Origin: a virus
Taxonomy: Duplodnaviria; Heunggongvirae; Uroviricota; Caudoviricetes
Direction: 5' to 3' (one strand)
Length of the DNA stretch: 64,000 bases
IMG/VR virus record: IMGVR_UViG_3300044638_009648
The notes below the pieces were generated by a model, which saw only the letters and a program-made list of their open reading frames with translations, was not told where the DNA came from and searched no databases. Made by a program: the position numbers and the translations under genes. This document shows, in pieces, positions 29,531-41,823 of this stretch. The first letter of the stretch is position 1, and every line of letters starts with the position of its first letter.

Positions 29531-29812
29531 ATGGAAACCCATGTTATTGTCTTCACAATGAAAGGTTGTCCGCATTGTGATGATTTCAAAGAAATGTTAA
29601 AAAAAGAGGGTGTTGAGTTTATTGATAGAGATATTGAGATTCATAAAGAAGAGTATGATGTATTCGTTGAAGTAACTGAAAACGATTACGTTCCCGCTTT
29701 GCTTATTATTGAAGAAGAGGCAGAAAATCATAAATCTTTTTTGTATGCACCAGACCGTGATTACAACGAGCTCACGGAAGCTGTGGATATAATCAAGAAG
29801 CACATTAAATAG
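29531..29812 (+). CDS. Glutaredoxin/NrdH-like redoxin
   Basis: CPHC active site near the N-terminus (FTMKGCPHCDDFK); about 93 aa. Confidence 0.65.
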   Translation: METHVIVFTMKGCPHCDDFKEMLKKEGVEFIDRDIEIHKEEYDVFVEVTENDYVPALLIIEEEAENHKSFLYAPDRDYNELTEAVDIIKKHIK

Positions 29813-29889
29813 AATTTTAGGTTAATTCCAATTGTTTAAATTGGTTTGAAACCTATTAAATTAGTATTTATAGTATCCAAAGAAACTGA

Positions 29890-32800
29890 ATGCCTAGCAA
29901 TATAACTATATTTCCTAGTAACTTAGTTCCTCAACCTTTAAGGAGACCGAATATTGTTTTTGAATATTCAGTGTCAACGATGAAGCTTGAGGTTCTTTTT
30001 GCTGCGGCTATTCAAATTGCAAATCAACTCCTTATAGCACCACAATCTGGTTGTACTGAATTTTCAATTGCTGCGACGAGTAGTCCAAGTGCTACTGTTC
30101 AATATACTGATTGTAATACTGGAGAATCAAAATCTATTGTTGTTCCTAATGGTTCTACATGGTACCGATGCGCAAGAACTGGAACTGTTTCAACAACATC
30201 TGGAACTTCAACAAATACCAGCTTAGGTGCGTGTTACCCGAAAGTCCAAATTTATAGTGGTCTTACCGTTAACAATTATCTTAGCATTGGCGGAGTTCAA
30301 GTTTTAAACGGTACGGGAAATTGGTTAGGTCCGGGAACAAATATTACTGGAGCTCAAGGGGCTCAAGGAGCAACTGGCGCACAGGGAGCAACCGGCGCTC
30401 AAGGAGCACAAGGAGCTACAGGCTCACAAGGGGCAGTTGGGGTCCAGGGTGCTCAGGGGGGCACCGGAGCACAAGGCCCCAGGGGTAATCAAGGTGCTCA
30501 AGGCGCTATCGGTTCACAAGGAGCTACGGGAGCCCAAGGACTTCTAGGGACTACAGGCGCTCAAGGGGCAACTGGCTCCCAAGGAGCTACTGGAGCCCAA
30601 GGTCCTCGAGGGCCTCAGGGAGCAATTGGTGCACAAGGTGCTGTTGGTGCGCAAGGGACCCAAGGACCTAGAGGTAACCAAGGAGCTCAGGGTGCTGTGG
30701 GGTCTCAAGGTGCTACTGGAATCCAAGGTAGTAGAGGACCTCAGGGTGATTCAGGAGCCCAAGGTGCGCAAGGTGGTACAGGAGTACAAGGTCCTAGAGG
30801 TAACCAAGGTGTGCAAGGTGCTACTGGAGATTTGGGTGGACAAGGAGCCCAAGGTGCTGCTGGACCAAAAGGGGATGGTGGTGCGTCTGGAGCGCAAGGA
30901 GCTACAGGAGGTCAGGGTCCACGAGGTCCTCAAGGTGCTGTTGGTTCACAAGGTGCACTCGGAGCTCAGGGAGCTCAAGGAACTGTCGGCCCACAAGGAG
31001 CCCAAGGTGCCACGGGTGCACAAGGAGCCACCGGAGCCCAAGGTTCCAGAGGACCCCAGGGTGCCCAAGGAGCCCAAGGAGTGCAAGGTGCGGTCGGTGC
31101 CCAAGGCGATAAAGGGAATACAGGTGCTCAAGGTGCTCAAGGTGCCACTGGTGCTATTGGCTCACAAGGAGCTAGAGGACCGCAAGGAGCCCAAGGAGCA
31201 ATAGGTTCTCAAGGAGCCACAGGAGCACAGGGACCTAGGGGTCCTCAGGGTTCTATTGGCGCACAAGGAGCAACTGGACCAACTGGTGCCCAAGGCACTG
31301 TTGGACCTAAAGGAGAAGGTGGTGCCTCAGGAGCTCAGGGAGCCACAGGAGCACAAGGCTCAAGAGGAAATCAAGGGGTTCAAGGAGCCACAGGTTCTCA
31401 AGGAGCTACTGGAGCTCAAGGACAATTAGGTCCCCAGGGTGTACAAGGAGCAATCGGTTCCCAAGGTGCGACAGGAGCACAAGGTGCAAGAGGACCTCAG
31501 GGAGCTCAAGGCGCAACTGGAGCTCAGGGAGCAACTGGAGCGCAAGGGGCCAGTGGACCCCAGGGAGCTATAGGTATACAAGGAGCCACAGGAGCCCAAG
31601 GAGCTCAGGGAGCTCGAGGTCCACAGGGTTCTGTTGGTGCTCAAGGAGCACAGGGTGCTTTAGGTGCTCAAGGTGCTGCCGGTCCAAAGGGAGACGGCGG
31701 CGCAACTGGTTCTCAAGGAGCTACTGGAGCTCAAGGACAATTAGGTCCCCAGGGTGCACAGGGAGCAATCGGTTCGCAAGGTGCCACAGGAGCACAGGGT
31801 GCAAGAGGACCACAAGGAGCTCAAGGAGCTACGGGAGCTCAAGGAGCCACAGGAGCCCAAGGTTCAAGAGGACCCCAAGGAGCTATCGGTGCTCAAGGAG
31901 CACAAGGAGCCACAGGTGCTCAAGGTTCAAGAGGTCCGCAAGGTCCTGTCGGAGCCCAAGGAGCACAAGGAGCCACAGGTGCTCAAGGTTCAAGAGGTCC
32001 GCAAGGTGCCATTGGGTCTCAGGGTGCTACCGGCGGACAAGGGGCTCAAGGTGCTGCTGGTCCCAAAGGCGATGGTGGTGCATCAGGCGCAACTGGAGGC
32101 CAAGGAGCACAAGGTGCTAAAGGTCCTCAGGGTTCTAATGGCGCTCAAGGAGCCCAAGGAGCAACTGGTGCCCAAGGACCAAGAGGTCCCCAAGGAGCTA
32201 TCGGAGCCCAAGGTGGTACTGGTAACACAGGAGCTCAAGGAGCCAAGGGTCCGCAGGGTCCATTAGGCTCTCAAGGAGCAACGGGTAATACAGGAGCTCA
32301 AGGCGCTAGAGGACCTCAAGGAGCAACTGGTTTTGAGGGAGCAACTGGCTCAACAGGTGCTCAAGGTCCACGCGGACCTCAAGGTGCTGGCGGGTTTCAA
32401 GGTGCTACCGGAAATCAAGGAGCACAAGGGGCTGTTGGTCCAAAAGGCTCGGCCGGCGCTCCTGGTAATCCAGGTGCAACTGGCGCACAAGGAGCTAGAG
32501 GACCACAAAGTGATGCTGCCCCCGTTGCTGGAGCTCAAGGAGGTACTGGTGCGCAAGGCAGCAGAGGCCCCCAGGGCGCTCAGGGGGCCCAGAGTGGTAC
32601 AGGATTCCAAGGGGCACAAGGCGCTAGAGGTCCACAAGGAGCACAAGGAGCACAAGGTGCCACAGGGAACACAGGGGCTCAAGGGGCTCGAGGCCCTCAA
32701 GGAGGTAAAGGTGGCACAGGTCCAGTAGGAGCAATAGGTGCTCAAGGTTCCCGTGGTCCTCAAGGCCTAGTGGGTGCTCAGGGTGCTACTGGATTTTCAG

Positions 32801-33771
32801 GTGCACAAGGGGCAAGAGGTCCCCAAGGAGCAACAAATGGAGCTTTACAAGGTGCTACAGGAGCTCAAGGTTCCAGGGGACCACAGGGAGCTACAGGTTT
32901 TCAAGGTTTTCCTGGTTTTACTGGATTTCCGGGTGCCAATGGACCCCAGGGTGCTCAGGGAGCCCAGGGTGCTAGAGGTCCACAAGGAGCTCAAGGGGCA
33001 CGAGGTCCTCAAGGTGCACAGGGTGGCACGGGTCCTGTGGGTAACACTGGAGCAAGGGGTGCCCAAGGGGCAACGGGTAGTCAAGGATTCCAAGGAGCAC
33101 AAGGTTCTTTAATTCTTGGACCTCAAGGGGCACAGGGTGCCACAGGAGCTACCGGTGCTCAGGGACCCACTGGTCCAACCGCACCAAGTTGTGTTGCACA
33201 TTTTGTGTCTAACTGTTATAGTAGTGACGTGGATGCTTGTGGTGCGAAATCTCCAGGCGATTATCAAACGATTTATTCCCCTTGTGCTGTTTTGGCAAAC
33301 GGTTGCCGCCTTTGGGCAGACTCTTTATGTACAACTGGTTGCCCTTGTGACCCTGGGTTTGAATACATATCTGACGGTGTTAATGTTTGGTTAGTAGACG
33401 CTAACTGCGAATTAGCTAATGAGACACCCTGTACCTCTGTTTCTGATGGTAGATTAAAAACAAACGTGTTAACCATTGATAATTCTTTGGAATTATTGCT
33501 GAAGTTGGAACCTGTAGAATTTGATTGGAAAGAAATAACTCCGGAATACAAATATTTTGTGGAGAAAGGTATTACCCACTCTGTTGGGTTTATTGCTCAG
33601 CAAGTAAAAACTGTTGTTCCCGAAATTGTTCAAATGCGACCAAACGGATATTATACGGTTGATTACCCCCGAGTTAACGCTTTACTTGTTGAAGGTATAA
33701 AGGAACAACAAGTATTTATTGAGGACTTGGAAAAAGACATAACTGAACTTGAAAAATTATTTGAATTGTAA
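29890..33771 (+). CDS. Collagen-like fibre protein 1 (1293 aa) with Cys-rich module and C-terminal peptidase S74 intramolecular-chaperone domain
   Basis: About 940 residues of uninterrupted Gly-X-Y ([16 protein letters not shown]...). The C-terminus SDGRLKTNV ... [16 protein letters not shown] matches the endosialidase / tail-fibre auto-cleaving chaperone domain (S-D-x-R-L-K-x-N). Confidence 0.85.
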   Translation: MPSNITIFPSNLVPQPLRRPNIVFEYSVSTMKLEVLFAAAIQIANQLLIAPQSGCTEFSIAATSSPSATVQYTDCNTGESKSIVVPNGSTWYRCARTGTVSTTSGTSTNTSLGACYPKVQIYSGLTVNNYLSIGGVQVLNGTGNWLGPGTNITGAQGAQGATGAQGATGAQGAQGATGSQGAVGVQGAQGGTGAQGPRGNQGAQGAIGSQGATGAQGLLGTTGAQGATGSQGATGAQGPRGPQGAIGAQGAVGAQGTQGPRGNQGAQGAVGSQGATGIQGSRGPQGDSGAQGAQGGTGVQGPRGNQGVQGATGDLGGQGAQGAAGPKGDGGASGAQGATGGQGPRGPQGAVGSQGALGAQGAQGTVGPQGAQGATGAQGATGAQGSRGPQGAQGAQGVQGAVGAQGDKGNTGAQGAQGATGAIGSQGARGPQGAQGAIGSQGATGAQGPRGPQGSIGAQGATGPTGAQGTVGPKGEGGASGAQGATGAQGSRGNQGVQGATGSQGATGAQGQLGPQGVQGAIGSQGATGAQGARGPQGAQGATGAQGATGAQGASGPQGAIGIQGATGAQGAQGARGPQGSVGAQGAQGALGAQGAAGPKGDGGATGSQGATGAQGQLGPQGAQGAIGSQGATGAQGARGPQGAQGATGAQGATGAQGSRGPQGAIGAQGAQGATGAQGSRGPQGPVGAQGAQGATGAQGSRGPQGAIGSQGATGGQGAQGAAGPKGDGGASGATGGQGAQGAKGPQGSNGAQGAQGATGAQGPRGPQGAIGAQGGTGNTGAQGAKGPQGPLGSQGATGNTGAQGARGPQGATGFEGATGSTGAQGPRGPQGAGGFQGATGNQGAQGAVGPKGSAGAPGNPGATGAQGARGPQSDAAPVAGAQGGTGAQGSRGPQGAQGAQSGTGFQGAQGARGPQGAQGAQGATGNTGAQGARGPQGGKGGTGPVGAIGAQGSRGPQGLVGAQGATGFSGAQGARGPQGATNGALQGATGAQGSRGPQGATGFQGFPGFTGFPGANGPQGAQGAQGARGPQGAQGARGPQGAQGGTGPVGNTGARGAQGATGSQGFQGAQGSLILGPQGAQGATGATGAQGPTGPTAPSCVAHFVSNCYSSDVDACGAKSPGDYQTIYSPCAVLANGCRLWADSLCTTGCPCDPGFEYISDGVNVWLVDANCELANETPCTSVSDGRLKTNVLTIDNSLELLLKLEPVEFDWKEITPEYKYFVEKGITHSVGFIAQQVKTVVPEIVQMRPNGYYTVDYPRVNALLVEGIKEQQVFIEDLEKDITELEKLFEL
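30349..33180 (+). repeat. Gly-X-Y (GGN-GCN-CAR) triplet-repeat tract of fibre 1
   Basis: Direct 9-nt periodicity visible in the sequence. Confidence 0.9.
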
Positions 33772-36700
33772 TGGCTATTGATGTCATCATTTATCCCACT
33801 GGTGTGACTGGTAATGCAATCCCTCAAATTATTTTTGAGGATGCTGCTGGTGCCAAAATGGGTTTGATATATGAGGGGCCAAATTTAAGGTTTTCAGCTT
33901 CAACATCCATATCCTTGGTAACGGTAAGCCCAACGTCTGTTATTACTTCGGGTACTAGCGTTAGTAACGCCACAACTGGTATTTGGGCTGGGGAAACTTT
34001 GATGATTAACACCATTGGTGAATGGGTGGGACCACCCTTTAATATTCAAGGTTCTCAAGGAGCTCAAGGAGCAATAGGTTCCCAAGGAGCCCAAGGTGCT
34101 CAAGGAGCTCAAGGTGCTAAAGGAGCGCAAGGTGCCATAGGACCTCAAGGCGCCCAGGGTGCTCAAGGTGCTCAAGGCGCCCAAGGCGGTGTACAAGGTG
34201 CGCAAGGAGGCACTGGCGCTCAAGGAGCACAAGGTGCTCAAGGAGCACAAGGTGCTGTACAAGGAGCCCAAGGAGCTACCGGTGGCCAGGGAGCTCAGGG
34301 AGCACAGGGAGCACAGGGAGGTGTCCAAGGAGTCCAGGGTGCAACCGGAGCTCAAGGTGCCCAAGGAGCCGCTGGAACCCAAGGAGGAGTTCAAGGGGTG
34401 CAAGGTGCCACAGGAGGTCAAGGAGCTCAAGGAGCTACCGGTGCTCAAGGAGCAACTCAAGGTGCTATCGGTCCCCAAGGGGCACAAGGAGCACAAGGTG
34501 CCGCGGGAACTCAAGGTGGTGTCACTGGAGCTCAAGGAGCAAAAGGATTTCAAGGAGCACAAGGAGCACAAGGTGCCCAAGGTGGCGTCACTGGAGCCCA
34601 AGGAGCTCAAGGAGCGCAGGGGGCACAAGGTTCCCAGGGAGCTCAGGGTGCACCTCAAGGTGCTACAGGAGGTCAAGGTGCCCAAGGTGCACAAGGTGGA
34701 ATTGGTGCTCAGGGTGGAACTACTGGTGCCCAAGGTGCTCAAGGTGCTACAGGAGCTCAAGGTGCTACAGGAGCTCAAGGAGCAACTCAAGGTGTCCAGG
34801 GTGCCACAGGTTTTACAGGAGGTCAAGGTGTCCAAGGCGCACAGGGTGGTGTTCAAGGAGCCCAAGGTGCCATAGGAACACAAGGTGCTACTGGAGGTCA
34901 AGGAGCGCAAGGGTCTCCCACAGGAGGTCAGGGAGCTACAGGCTCACAGGGTGCACAAGGTTCTCAAGGGGCCCAAGGACTAGCAACAGGCTCTCAAGGG
35001 GCACAAGGTGCCCAAGGAGGACAAGGAGCTCAGGGAGCCCAAGGTGGCGTAACTGGAGCTCAAGGAGCTCAAGGAGCTCAAGGCGCTCAAGGTGCTATTG
35101 GTGCCCAGGGTGGTGTTGTCGGAGCCCAAGGTGCTATAGGAGCGCAAGGTGCTACGGGAGCTCAAGGTGCACAAGGTGGTGTTACAGGTGCTCAAGGAGC
35201 TACAGGCGGACAAGGAGCTCAAGGAGCAACCGGTGCTCAAGGATTACCTACAGGAATTCAAGGCACAACAGGCGCTCAGGGAGCTCAAGGTGCTACTGGT
35301 GCCCAAGGTTTACCCACAGGAGCCCAAGGTGCTCAAGGAGCCACTGGAGCTCAAGGTGCTACTGGTGCCCAAGGATTGCCCACGGGAAACCAAGGTGCTC
35401 AAGGTTCCCAAGGAGCACAAGGGGCTCAAGGTGCACAAGGTGGTGTAACAGGCGCTCAAGGAGCCCAAGGTGCCCAAGGTGCCACTGGTGCCCAAGGTGC
35501 ACAGGGTGGTGTCACTGGAGCCCAGGGCGGGACAGGTGGACAAGGAGCACAAGGCGCTCAAGGAGCCACAGGTTCTCCCCAAGGAGCTCAGGGAGTTCAA
35601 GGGGCTACTGGTGCCCAAGGACAAGTTGGTGCGCAAGGTTTACCCACAGGAGATACCGGAGGTCAAGGAATTCAAGGGTCACAAGGTGCCACTGGTGCCC
35701 AAGGCTCCGTACAAGGAGCCACAGGCTCTCAAGGTATTACAGGAGCACAAGGTGCCGTAGGAGCCCAAGGTGGTCCAACTGGAGCTCAAGGAGCCACAGG
35801 AGCACAAGGTGCACAAGGAGCCACAGGAGCTCAAGGAGGTATAACAGGTGCTCAAGGAGCACAAGGAGCCCAAGGAGCTCAAGGCGCAACGGGTGCTCAA
35901 GGAGGTCCAACAGGTTCTCAGGGTGCCCAGGGAGCTCAAGGCGCTCAGGGTGCCACAGGTGCAACTGGAGGTATTACTGGGGCCACAGGGGCACAAGGTG
36001 CTCAAGGACCCCAAGGTGCTCAGGGTGCCACAGGGGGCGTTACTGGAGCTACTGGAGCTACTGGTGCACAAGGACCACAAGGTGCTCAAGGTGCTGCTGG
36101 ATTACCCCAAGGCGCACAAGGACCACAAGGTGCTCAAGGTGCTCAAGGTGCTAAAGGAGCGCAAGGTGCCATAGAAGGTGCCGATGGTCTTCAAGGTTCT
36201 CAAGGACCCCAAGGAGCTCAAGGAGCTCAAGGAGGCGGAACAGGTGCTCAAGGCGCACAGGGACCCCAAGGAGCACAAGGAGCTACTGGTGCTCAAGGAG
36301 GACCTATGGGTGCCACAGGAGCACAAGGAGCACAAGGAGCACAAGGTGCCACAGGAGCGCAAGGTGCTGTCGTAGGTGCTCAAGGAAACACACCGTTTCC
36401 AGGCGCTACAGGAGGAACTGGAGCACAAGGATTGCCAACTGGAGGTCAAGGATTTCAAGGTAGCCAAGGATTTCAAGGAGCTACTGGTGCCCAAGGAGGT
36501 GCACAAGGAGCACAAGGAGCAATAGGAGCCCAAGGGGCTCAAGGAGCCACAGGGGCTCAGGGAGGCGTAACAGGTGCTCAAGGTGCACAAGGCGCACAAG
36601 GACCACAGGGTGCCACAGGTGCTCAAGGAGGCCCAACAGGAGCCCAGGGTTCTTTAGGTCCCCAGGGTGCACAAGGAGCACAAGGAGCGACAGGTGGTGT

Positions 36701-37358
36701 GACAGGTGCACAAGGTCCCCAAGGTGCACAGGGAGCACAAGGCCCCCAAGGGGAAAATAGTGCAACCCCTGGCTCACAAGGAGCTCAAGGTCAAGTAGGT
36801 GAATTACCTGGAGCACAAGGTGCATCCAATGCAACAACAGGAGCCCAGGGGGCTACACCTGGAGCAGGACCACAGGGAGCTCAGGGAGCACAAGGTTCTG
36901 AAGGTATAAAAGGACCCCAAGGTGCGCAAGGACCTAGTACAGGAGGGCCTCCAGGACCCCAAGGTGCCCAAGGAGCCCAAGGTGCACAAGGACCAACTGG
37001 ACCAACTGGACCACCCTCAGATTATAGATTAAAAACTAATGTTATCCCATTGACAAATGTTACAAGTAAAGTTATTGACATGCGAGGGGTCAAATTTGAA
37101 TGGCTAGAAAATATCCCCCAATTGGAACATATACCAGAAGCCCAACATTTTTATCTCAAGGGAAAAAGTATTGGATTTATTGCCCAAGAAATTGAAAAAA
37201 TATTTCCAGAATTAGTTTTGGAAGATAGATATGGGTATAAGAACATTCAGTACGATATTTTAGTTGCCATTGGCGTTGCTGCTGTAAAAGAAAATAATGA
37301 AAGAATTATTCTATTGAAAAATAAAATCAAACCCTTAAAATCATTTATAGGTGGCTGA
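33771..37358 (+). CDS. Collagen-like fibre protein 2 (1195 aa) with C-terminal S74 chaperone domain
   Basis: Gly-X-Y repeats with frequent one-residue register interruptions (GGVTG, GLPTG, GATQG). C-terminus [14 protein letters not shown] ... [16 protein letters not shown]. Confidence 0.85.
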   Translation: MAIDVIIYPTGVTGNAIPQIIFEDAAGAKMGLIYEGPNLRFSASTSISLVTVSPTSVITSGTSVSNATTGIWAGETLMINTIGEWVGPPFNIQGSQGAQGAIGSQGAQGAQGAQGAKGAQGAIGPQGAQGAQGAQGAQGGVQGAQGGTGAQGAQGAQGAQGAVQGAQGATGGQGAQGAQGAQGGVQGVQGATGAQGAQGAAGTQGGVQGVQGATGGQGAQGATGAQGATQGAIGPQGAQGAQGAAGTQGGVTGAQGAKGFQGAQGAQGAQGGVTGAQGAQGAQGAQGSQGAQGAPQGATGGQGAQGAQGGIGAQGGTTGAQGAQGATGAQGATGAQGATQGVQGATGFTGGQGVQGAQGGVQGAQGAIGTQGATGGQGAQGSPTGGQGATGSQGAQGSQGAQGLATGSQGAQGAQGGQGAQGAQGGVTGAQGAQGAQGAQGAIGAQGGVVGAQGAIGAQGATGAQGAQGGVTGAQGATGGQGAQGATGAQGLPTGIQGTTGAQGAQGATGAQGLPTGAQGAQGATGAQGATGAQGLPTGNQGAQGSQGAQGAQGAQGGVTGAQGAQGAQGATGAQGAQGGVTGAQGGTGGQGAQGAQGATGSPQGAQGVQGATGAQGQVGAQGLPTGDTGGQGIQGSQGATGAQGSVQGATGSQGITGAQGAVGAQGGPTGAQGATGAQGAQGATGAQGGITGAQGAQGAQGAQGATGAQGGPTGSQGAQGAQGAQGATGATGGITGATGAQGAQGPQGAQGATGGVTGATGATGAQGPQGAQGAAGLPQGAQGPQGAQGAQGAKGAQGAIEGADGLQGSQGPQGAQGAQGGGTGAQGAQGPQGAQGATGAQGGPMGATGAQGAQGAQGATGAQGAVVGAQGNTPFPGATGGTGAQGLPTGGQGFQGSQGFQGATGAQGGAQGAQGAIGAQGAQGATGAQGGVTGAQGAQGAQGPQGATGAQGGPTGAQGSLGPQGAQGAQGATGGVTGAQGPQGAQGAQGPQGENSATPGSQGAQGQVGELPGAQGASNATTGAQGATPGAGPQGAQGAQGSEGIKGPQGAQGPSTGGPPGPQGAQGAQGAQGPTGPTGPPSDYRLKTNVIPLTNVTSKVIDMRGVKFEWLENIPQLEHIPEAQHFYLKGKSIGFIAQEIEKIFPELVLEDRYGYKNIQYDILVAIGVAAVKENNERIILLKNKIKPLKSFIGG
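34048..37016 (+). repeat. Gly-X-Y triplet-repeat tract of fibre 2
   Basis: Seen directly in the sequence. Confidence 0.9.
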
Positions 37359-40300
37359 GAATATCATTATTTTTCCCGGAAGTGCTATGTTTGAATTTGT
37401 TGACTCTGGGTCAACAACTTCGAACTGGACTTTTATTGATTCAGGAACAGGATTGAGATTTCAGAATAATTCCTATGATTTATTAGACATTGTTGATAAT
37501 AGTATCAGCTTTAGAGTTAGATATGCCAATTTGTATGTAGATTCCATAACAAACAATTTTGGAAAAATTATTGATGGAACTGGATGGTTAGGAAACCAAA
37601 ACGCTGGGCCCCAAGGTGCACAAGGTGCTAAAGGACCAACTGGTGCAACTGGAGCAACTGGTGCGATAGGAAATATAGGTGCTCAAGGTGCTCAGGGGGC
37701 TACTGGTCCAACCGGAATCCAAGGGGCTACAGGAGCTCAAGGTGCTCAAGGATTTCAAGGAGCTCAAGGAGCTCAAGGTGCTAATGGAGCTCAAGGAGCT
37801 ACAGGACCACAAGGCGCTCAAGGGTTTCAAGGCGCTCAAGGGGCACAAGGAGCAATTGGTGCACAAGGTGCTCAAGGATTTCAAGGAGCTCAAGGAGCTC
37901 AAGGTGGTATTGGTTCCCAAGGAGCCCAGGGGGGTCAAGGATTTCAAGGAGCTCAAGGTGCTCAAGGCGCGGTAGGAGCTCAAGGAGCCCAAGGTGGTCA
38001 AGGATTTCAAGGTATAACCGGAAGCCAGGGAGCAGTTGGAGCACAAGGTGCTCAAGGAGGTCAAGGATTTCAAGGTGCCCAAGGAGCACAAGGTGGAACG
38101 GGAGCGCAAGGAGCGCAAGGAGCGCAAGGAGCTCAAGGTGTTTTGGGTATACAAGGGGCAGTCGGAGCCCAGGGCGCACAGGGAGGTCAAGGATTCCAAG
38201 GTGCTCAAGGAGCCCAAGGTGCAACTGGTGCCCAGGGAGCACAAGGAGGTCAAGGATTTCAAGGAAATATAGGTTCTCAAGGTTCAACTGGAGCACAGGG
38301 TGCTCAAGGTGGACAAGGATTTCAAGGAGCTCAAGGTGGTCAAGGATTTCAAGGAGCTCAAGGAGCCCAAGGAGCCCAAGGAGTCCAAGGTTCTGTGGGT
38401 GGACAAGGAGCGCAAGGAGCACAGGGTGCACAAGGAGGTCAAGGATTTCAGGGAGCAACTGGTGCCCAAGGAGCTATTGGTGCCCAGGGCGCACAGGGAG
38501 GTCAAGGATTTCAAGGAGCAACTGGTGCTCAAGGAGCTGTTGGTGCCCAAGGAGCACAGGGAGGTCAAGGAGCACAAGGAGTTTTAGGAACACAAGGTTC
38601 CGTTGGGGCACAAGGTGCCCAAGGTGCTCAGGGATTTCAAGGGGCTCAAGGAGTGCAAGGTGCTACAGGCGCCCAAGGAGCACAGGGAGGTCAGGGATTC
38701 CAAGGGGCACAAGGAGCGCAAGGTGCAGTAGGAGCACAAGGCGCACAGGGCGGTCAAGGATTCCAAGGTAATGTTGGTGCTCAGGGTGCGGTAGGAGCTC
38801 AAGGAGCTCAAGGTGGTCAAGGATTTCAAGGTGCTACTGGAGCCCAAGGTGCGGTAGGAGCTCAAGGTGCCCAAGGTGGTCAAGGATTTCAAGGAGCGCA
38901 AGGAGCAAATAGTGTAACTGGCGCACAAGGCGCACAGGGTGGTCAGGGTGCTCAAGGTATTCCTGGATTCCAAGGAGCCCAAGGCGCCACAGGAGCTCAA
39001 GGAGCTCAAGGATTCCAAGGCGCCCAAGGAGCTCAAGGAGCCGTCGGAGCACAAGGAGCACAAGGTGGACAAGGTTTCCAAGGTGGTACTGGAGCCCAAG
39101 GAGCAACAGGGGCACAAGGAGCCCAAGGTGGTCAAGGATTTCAAGGAGCCCAAGGGGCTCAAGGAGCAACAGGGGCACAAGGAGCCCAAGGTGGTCAAGG
39201 ATTTCAAGGAGCCCAAGGAGCCCAAGGAGCAACTGGAGCTCAAGGCGCTCAAGGAGGTCAAGGATTCCAAGGAGCCCAAGGAGCTACGGGGGCACAAGGT
39301 CCCGTTGGGGCACAAGGTGGTCAGGGAGCTCAAGGTGTGTTAGGTACTCAAGGTACTGTTGGTGCCCAGGGAGCACAAGGTGGTCAAGGATTTCAAGGTG
39401 TTGCTGGAAATACAGGTGAAGTTGGAGCACAGGGTGCTCAAGGCGCTCAAGGATTCCAGGGAGCCCAAGGAGCAGGCGGTGGTACTGGACCACAAGGTGC
39501 TCAAGGCGGTCAAGGATTCCAAGGAGCTCAAGGAGCTACAGGAGCTACAGGAGCGCAAGGGGCACAAGGTGGACAAGGTTTCCAGGGAGGTACTGGCTCA
39601 ACAGGTTCACAAGGTTCACAAGGAGCTCAGGGTGGACAAGGATTCCAAGGTCCTCCAGGTGATTCGGGAGGAACTGGCTCAGTTGGAGCTCAAGGTGGTC
39701 AAGGAGGGCAAGGACTTCCAGGAGTTACAGGACCACAAGGTTCACAAGGAGCTCAGGGTGGGCAAGGTTTTCAGGGAGCACAGGGGCCTATTGGTTCACA
39801 AGGTTCGCAAGGAGCTCAAGGTGGTCAAGGTTTTCAGGGTAATGTAGGTGCAACAGGCGCTCAAGGCGCTCAAGGTGCTCAAGGAGGTCAGGGATTCCAA
39901 GGAGCAACTGGAGCAGTGGGTCCACAAGGTGCGCAAGGTTCCCAGGGTGGACAAGGATTTCAAGGGGCTATAGGTTCCCAAGGGGCGACTGGAGCTCAAG
40001 GAGCCCAGGGAGCTCAAGGATTCCAGGGTCCACTGGGTGCTCAGGGTGCTACCGGGGTTCAAGGGGCTCAAGGTGGGCAAGGATTCCAAGGAGCACAGGG
40101 CACTCTAGGTCCGACAGGAGCTCAAGGAGCCACGGGTGCCCAAGGATTCCAAGGTGCCACCGGAGCCAAGGGTTTAGCGGGGTCAACCGGAGCACCAGGT
40201 TCACCAGGTCCTCAGGGAGCTCAAGGAGCTCAGGGAGCACAAGGATTCCAAGGTGCTCAAGGTGGCCAAGGATTTCAAGGTGCTGCTGGTGCAATTACTA

Positions 40301-40770
40301 TAGGAGCACAAGGCCAACAAGGAGCGCAAGGAGCCAAAGGAAGTGTAGACGGGGCTCAAGGTGCCTCTGGTGGTACAGCAACGGGTTTTCAGGGCGCGCA
40401 AGGAACAACAGGTCCAAGTGGAGCTCCAGGCCCAACGGGTCCCTCAGATTACAGATTGAAAAAAAATGTCGAAAATATTACTTCAGCACTAGACTTGGTT
40501 CAAAAACTTAGGGGTGTAAGATATAATTGGATACCTGGTATAAACAAAGATACTAGTGCTGTTGAAATTGGGTTTATTGCCCAAGAAATTGGTGAATATA
40601 TTCCTGAAGTTTTATTTGGTTCAGAAAATACACAATATGGTGTGAGATATAAGGAAGTTGTTGCTGTTACAATTGAAGCTATCAAAGAGCAAGAATCCAA
40701 AATCAGTGAACTTGAAAAGAGATTACAAGCAGTTTTGGATAAAGCACAACAAAAAGGTCTGATTATTTAA
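37351..40770 (+). CDS. Collagen-like fibre protein 3 (1139 aa) with C-terminal S74 chaperone domain
   Basis: Gly-X-Y repeats organised as a 7-triplet (21 aa / 63 nt) higher-order unit ...[13 protein letters not shown].... C-terminus [13 protein letters not shown] ... [16 protein letters not shown]. Confidence 0.85.
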   Translation: MAENIIIFPGSAMFEFVDSGSTTSNWTFIDSGTGLRFQNNSYDLLDIVDNSISFRVRYANLYVDSITNNFGKIIDGTGWLGNQNAGPQGAQGAKGPTGATGATGAIGNIGAQGAQGATGPTGIQGATGAQGAQGFQGAQGAQGANGAQGATGPQGAQGFQGAQGAQGAIGAQGAQGFQGAQGAQGGIGSQGAQGGQGFQGAQGAQGAVGAQGAQGGQGFQGITGSQGAVGAQGAQGGQGFQGAQGAQGGTGAQGAQGAQGAQGVLGIQGAVGAQGAQGGQGFQGAQGAQGATGAQGAQGGQGFQGNIGSQGSTGAQGAQGGQGFQGAQGGQGFQGAQGAQGAQGVQGSVGGQGAQGAQGAQGGQGFQGATGAQGAIGAQGAQGGQGFQGATGAQGAVGAQGAQGGQGAQGVLGTQGSVGAQGAQGAQGFQGAQGVQGATGAQGAQGGQGFQGAQGAQGAVGAQGAQGGQGFQGNVGAQGAVGAQGAQGGQGFQGATGAQGAVGAQGAQGGQGFQGAQGANSVTGAQGAQGGQGAQGIPGFQGAQGATGAQGAQGFQGAQGAQGAVGAQGAQGGQGFQGGTGAQGATGAQGAQGGQGFQGAQGAQGATGAQGAQGGQGFQGAQGAQGATGAQGAQGGQGFQGAQGATGAQGPVGAQGGQGAQGVLGTQGTVGAQGAQGGQGFQGVAGNTGEVGAQGAQGAQGFQGAQGAGGGTGPQGAQGGQGFQGAQGATGATGAQGAQGGQGFQGGTGSTGSQGSQGAQGGQGFQGPPGDSGGTGSVGAQGGQGGQGLPGVTGPQGSQGAQGGQGFQGAQGPIGSQGSQGAQGGQGFQGNVGATGAQGAQGAQGGQGFQGATGAVGPQGAQGSQGGQGFQGAIGSQGATGAQGAQGAQGFQGPLGAQGATGVQGAQGGQGFQGAQGTLGPTGAQGATGAQGFQGATGAKGLAGSTGAPGSPGPQGAQGAQGAQGFQGAQGGQGFQGAAGAITIGAQGQQGAQGAKGSVDGAQGASGGTATGFQGAQGTTGPSGAPGPTGPSDYRLKKNVENITSALDLVQKLRGVRYNWIPGINKDTSAVEIGFIAQEIGEYIPEVLFGSENTQYGVRYKEVVAVTIEAIKEQESKISELEKRLQAVLDKAQQKGLII
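37603..40443 (+). repeat. Gly-X-Y triplet-repeat tract of fibre 3 (63-nt higher-order periodicity)
   Basis: Seen directly in the sequence. Confidence 0.9.
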
Positions 40771-41762
40771 AAATAATCTGGGAAAGAACTATTAATATTT
40801 TTTTCAGTTTTACTCCAATCAGGATAATCTGGAGCGAATGCTCGAAAACACTCTTCTTCATCTTGGAGCATAGAAAGATAATATCCATAAAATTCAAAGT
40901 TTGTTGAATAATACTTTCTGTTTTCATAGACAAAATCTTTCAAGAAATCAAAAAATTTGGATTTATCTAGTTTCAATTTTACATGACCGCTTTTATAATT
41001 TTTAGATGGTGGCACATATTCTGGTCTACTCCCGAAATAATCTTCTAACTCACTCATCACATTTTCATAAACCTCAGCATGATATGCATTGTTGTATGAA
41101 CTCTCATGAATGTAGTATAATTTACTTTTAATTTCGCTTGCTTGGTCTTCAAGTTGACTTAGGACACTTTTAGCACTTTCCTCGTCTTTGAAAATTTCAG
41201 GAAGATTTTCTAAATTCAATTTTAAATTTTCATTATTGTTCTGCTCTTCGGCAATTTCTTCAAGCAATTCTGTATCTGCATTTATTATTTTTTGTTCCGA
41301 AATTATTGCTTCAAAAAGTAATTGTAAGTTTTCAGATGTTAAAACTTCAATAACATCTCGATACAAATCATCAGTTGTATAATCTGACCAATCAACCATT
41401 TCACCATCCAAAATAGTTTCAACGGTTTTTGGTGACAAAGAATTTCTACTCTCACAAAATAACTTAGCAAAATCTGAAAAATCGGGAACACTAATATAAT
41501 ATTCCATATCCTCAGTATTTTTTATGTCCACAAAAGAATCGGATGCGATTTCCAAAAATCTTTCAGGATTCAAATTTGACAAAAAATATAGATACTGATT
41601 GTAGTATTCTTCTGTTTCCGAAGTGTTAAAATCCAAACTTTCGAATTTTCCTTTCTTATCTATAAATTTGTAGAAAAGTTGAATATCATTACTAAAAATA
41701 GTAAGATAGTTTTCAACTTCTCCGTTATTATATTTTTCTATAATTTTATCTGATGCATTCAT
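40767..41762 (-). CDS. Acidic hypothetical protein (minus strand)
   Basis: 331 aa, D/E/Y/F rich; convergent with the fibre genes. Confidence 0.5.
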   Translation of the reverse strand: MNASDKIIEKYNNGEVENYLTIFSNDIQLFYKFIDKKGKFESLDFNTSETEEYYNQYLYFLSNLNPERFLEIASDSFVDIKNTEDMEYYISVPDFSDFAKLFCESRNSLSPKTVETILDGEMVDWSDYTTDDLYRDVIEVLTSENLQLLFEAIISEQKIINADTELLEEIAEEQNNNENLKLNLENLPEIFKDEESAKSVLSQLEDQASEIKSKLYYIHESSYNNAYHAEVYENVMSELEDYFGSRPEYVPPSKNYKSGHVKLKLDKSKFFDFLKDFVYENRKYYSTNFEFYGYYLSMLQDEEECFRAFAPDYPDWSKTEKNINSSFPDYF

Positions 41763-41823
41763 ATTTTATAAATACAAAAAAAGGGTGGATTTCACCACCC
41801 TATAGAGTTGAGAATGTTTTTGA

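Noticed and set aside
30544-40401. Dozens of minus-strand ORFs rich in Ser/Thr/Leu/Cys (for example 33900..34910, 336 aa; 37588..38280) and alternate-frame plus-strand Lys/Glu/Val/Leu-rich ORFs (for example 30626..31204, 34159..34875) inside the collagen genes
   Set aside because: They are the reverse-complement or frame-shifted readings of the (GGN GCN CAR)n repeat. The Gly-X-Y frame is the only one with a coherent N-terminal head, a C-terminal S74 domain and proper gene boundaries.
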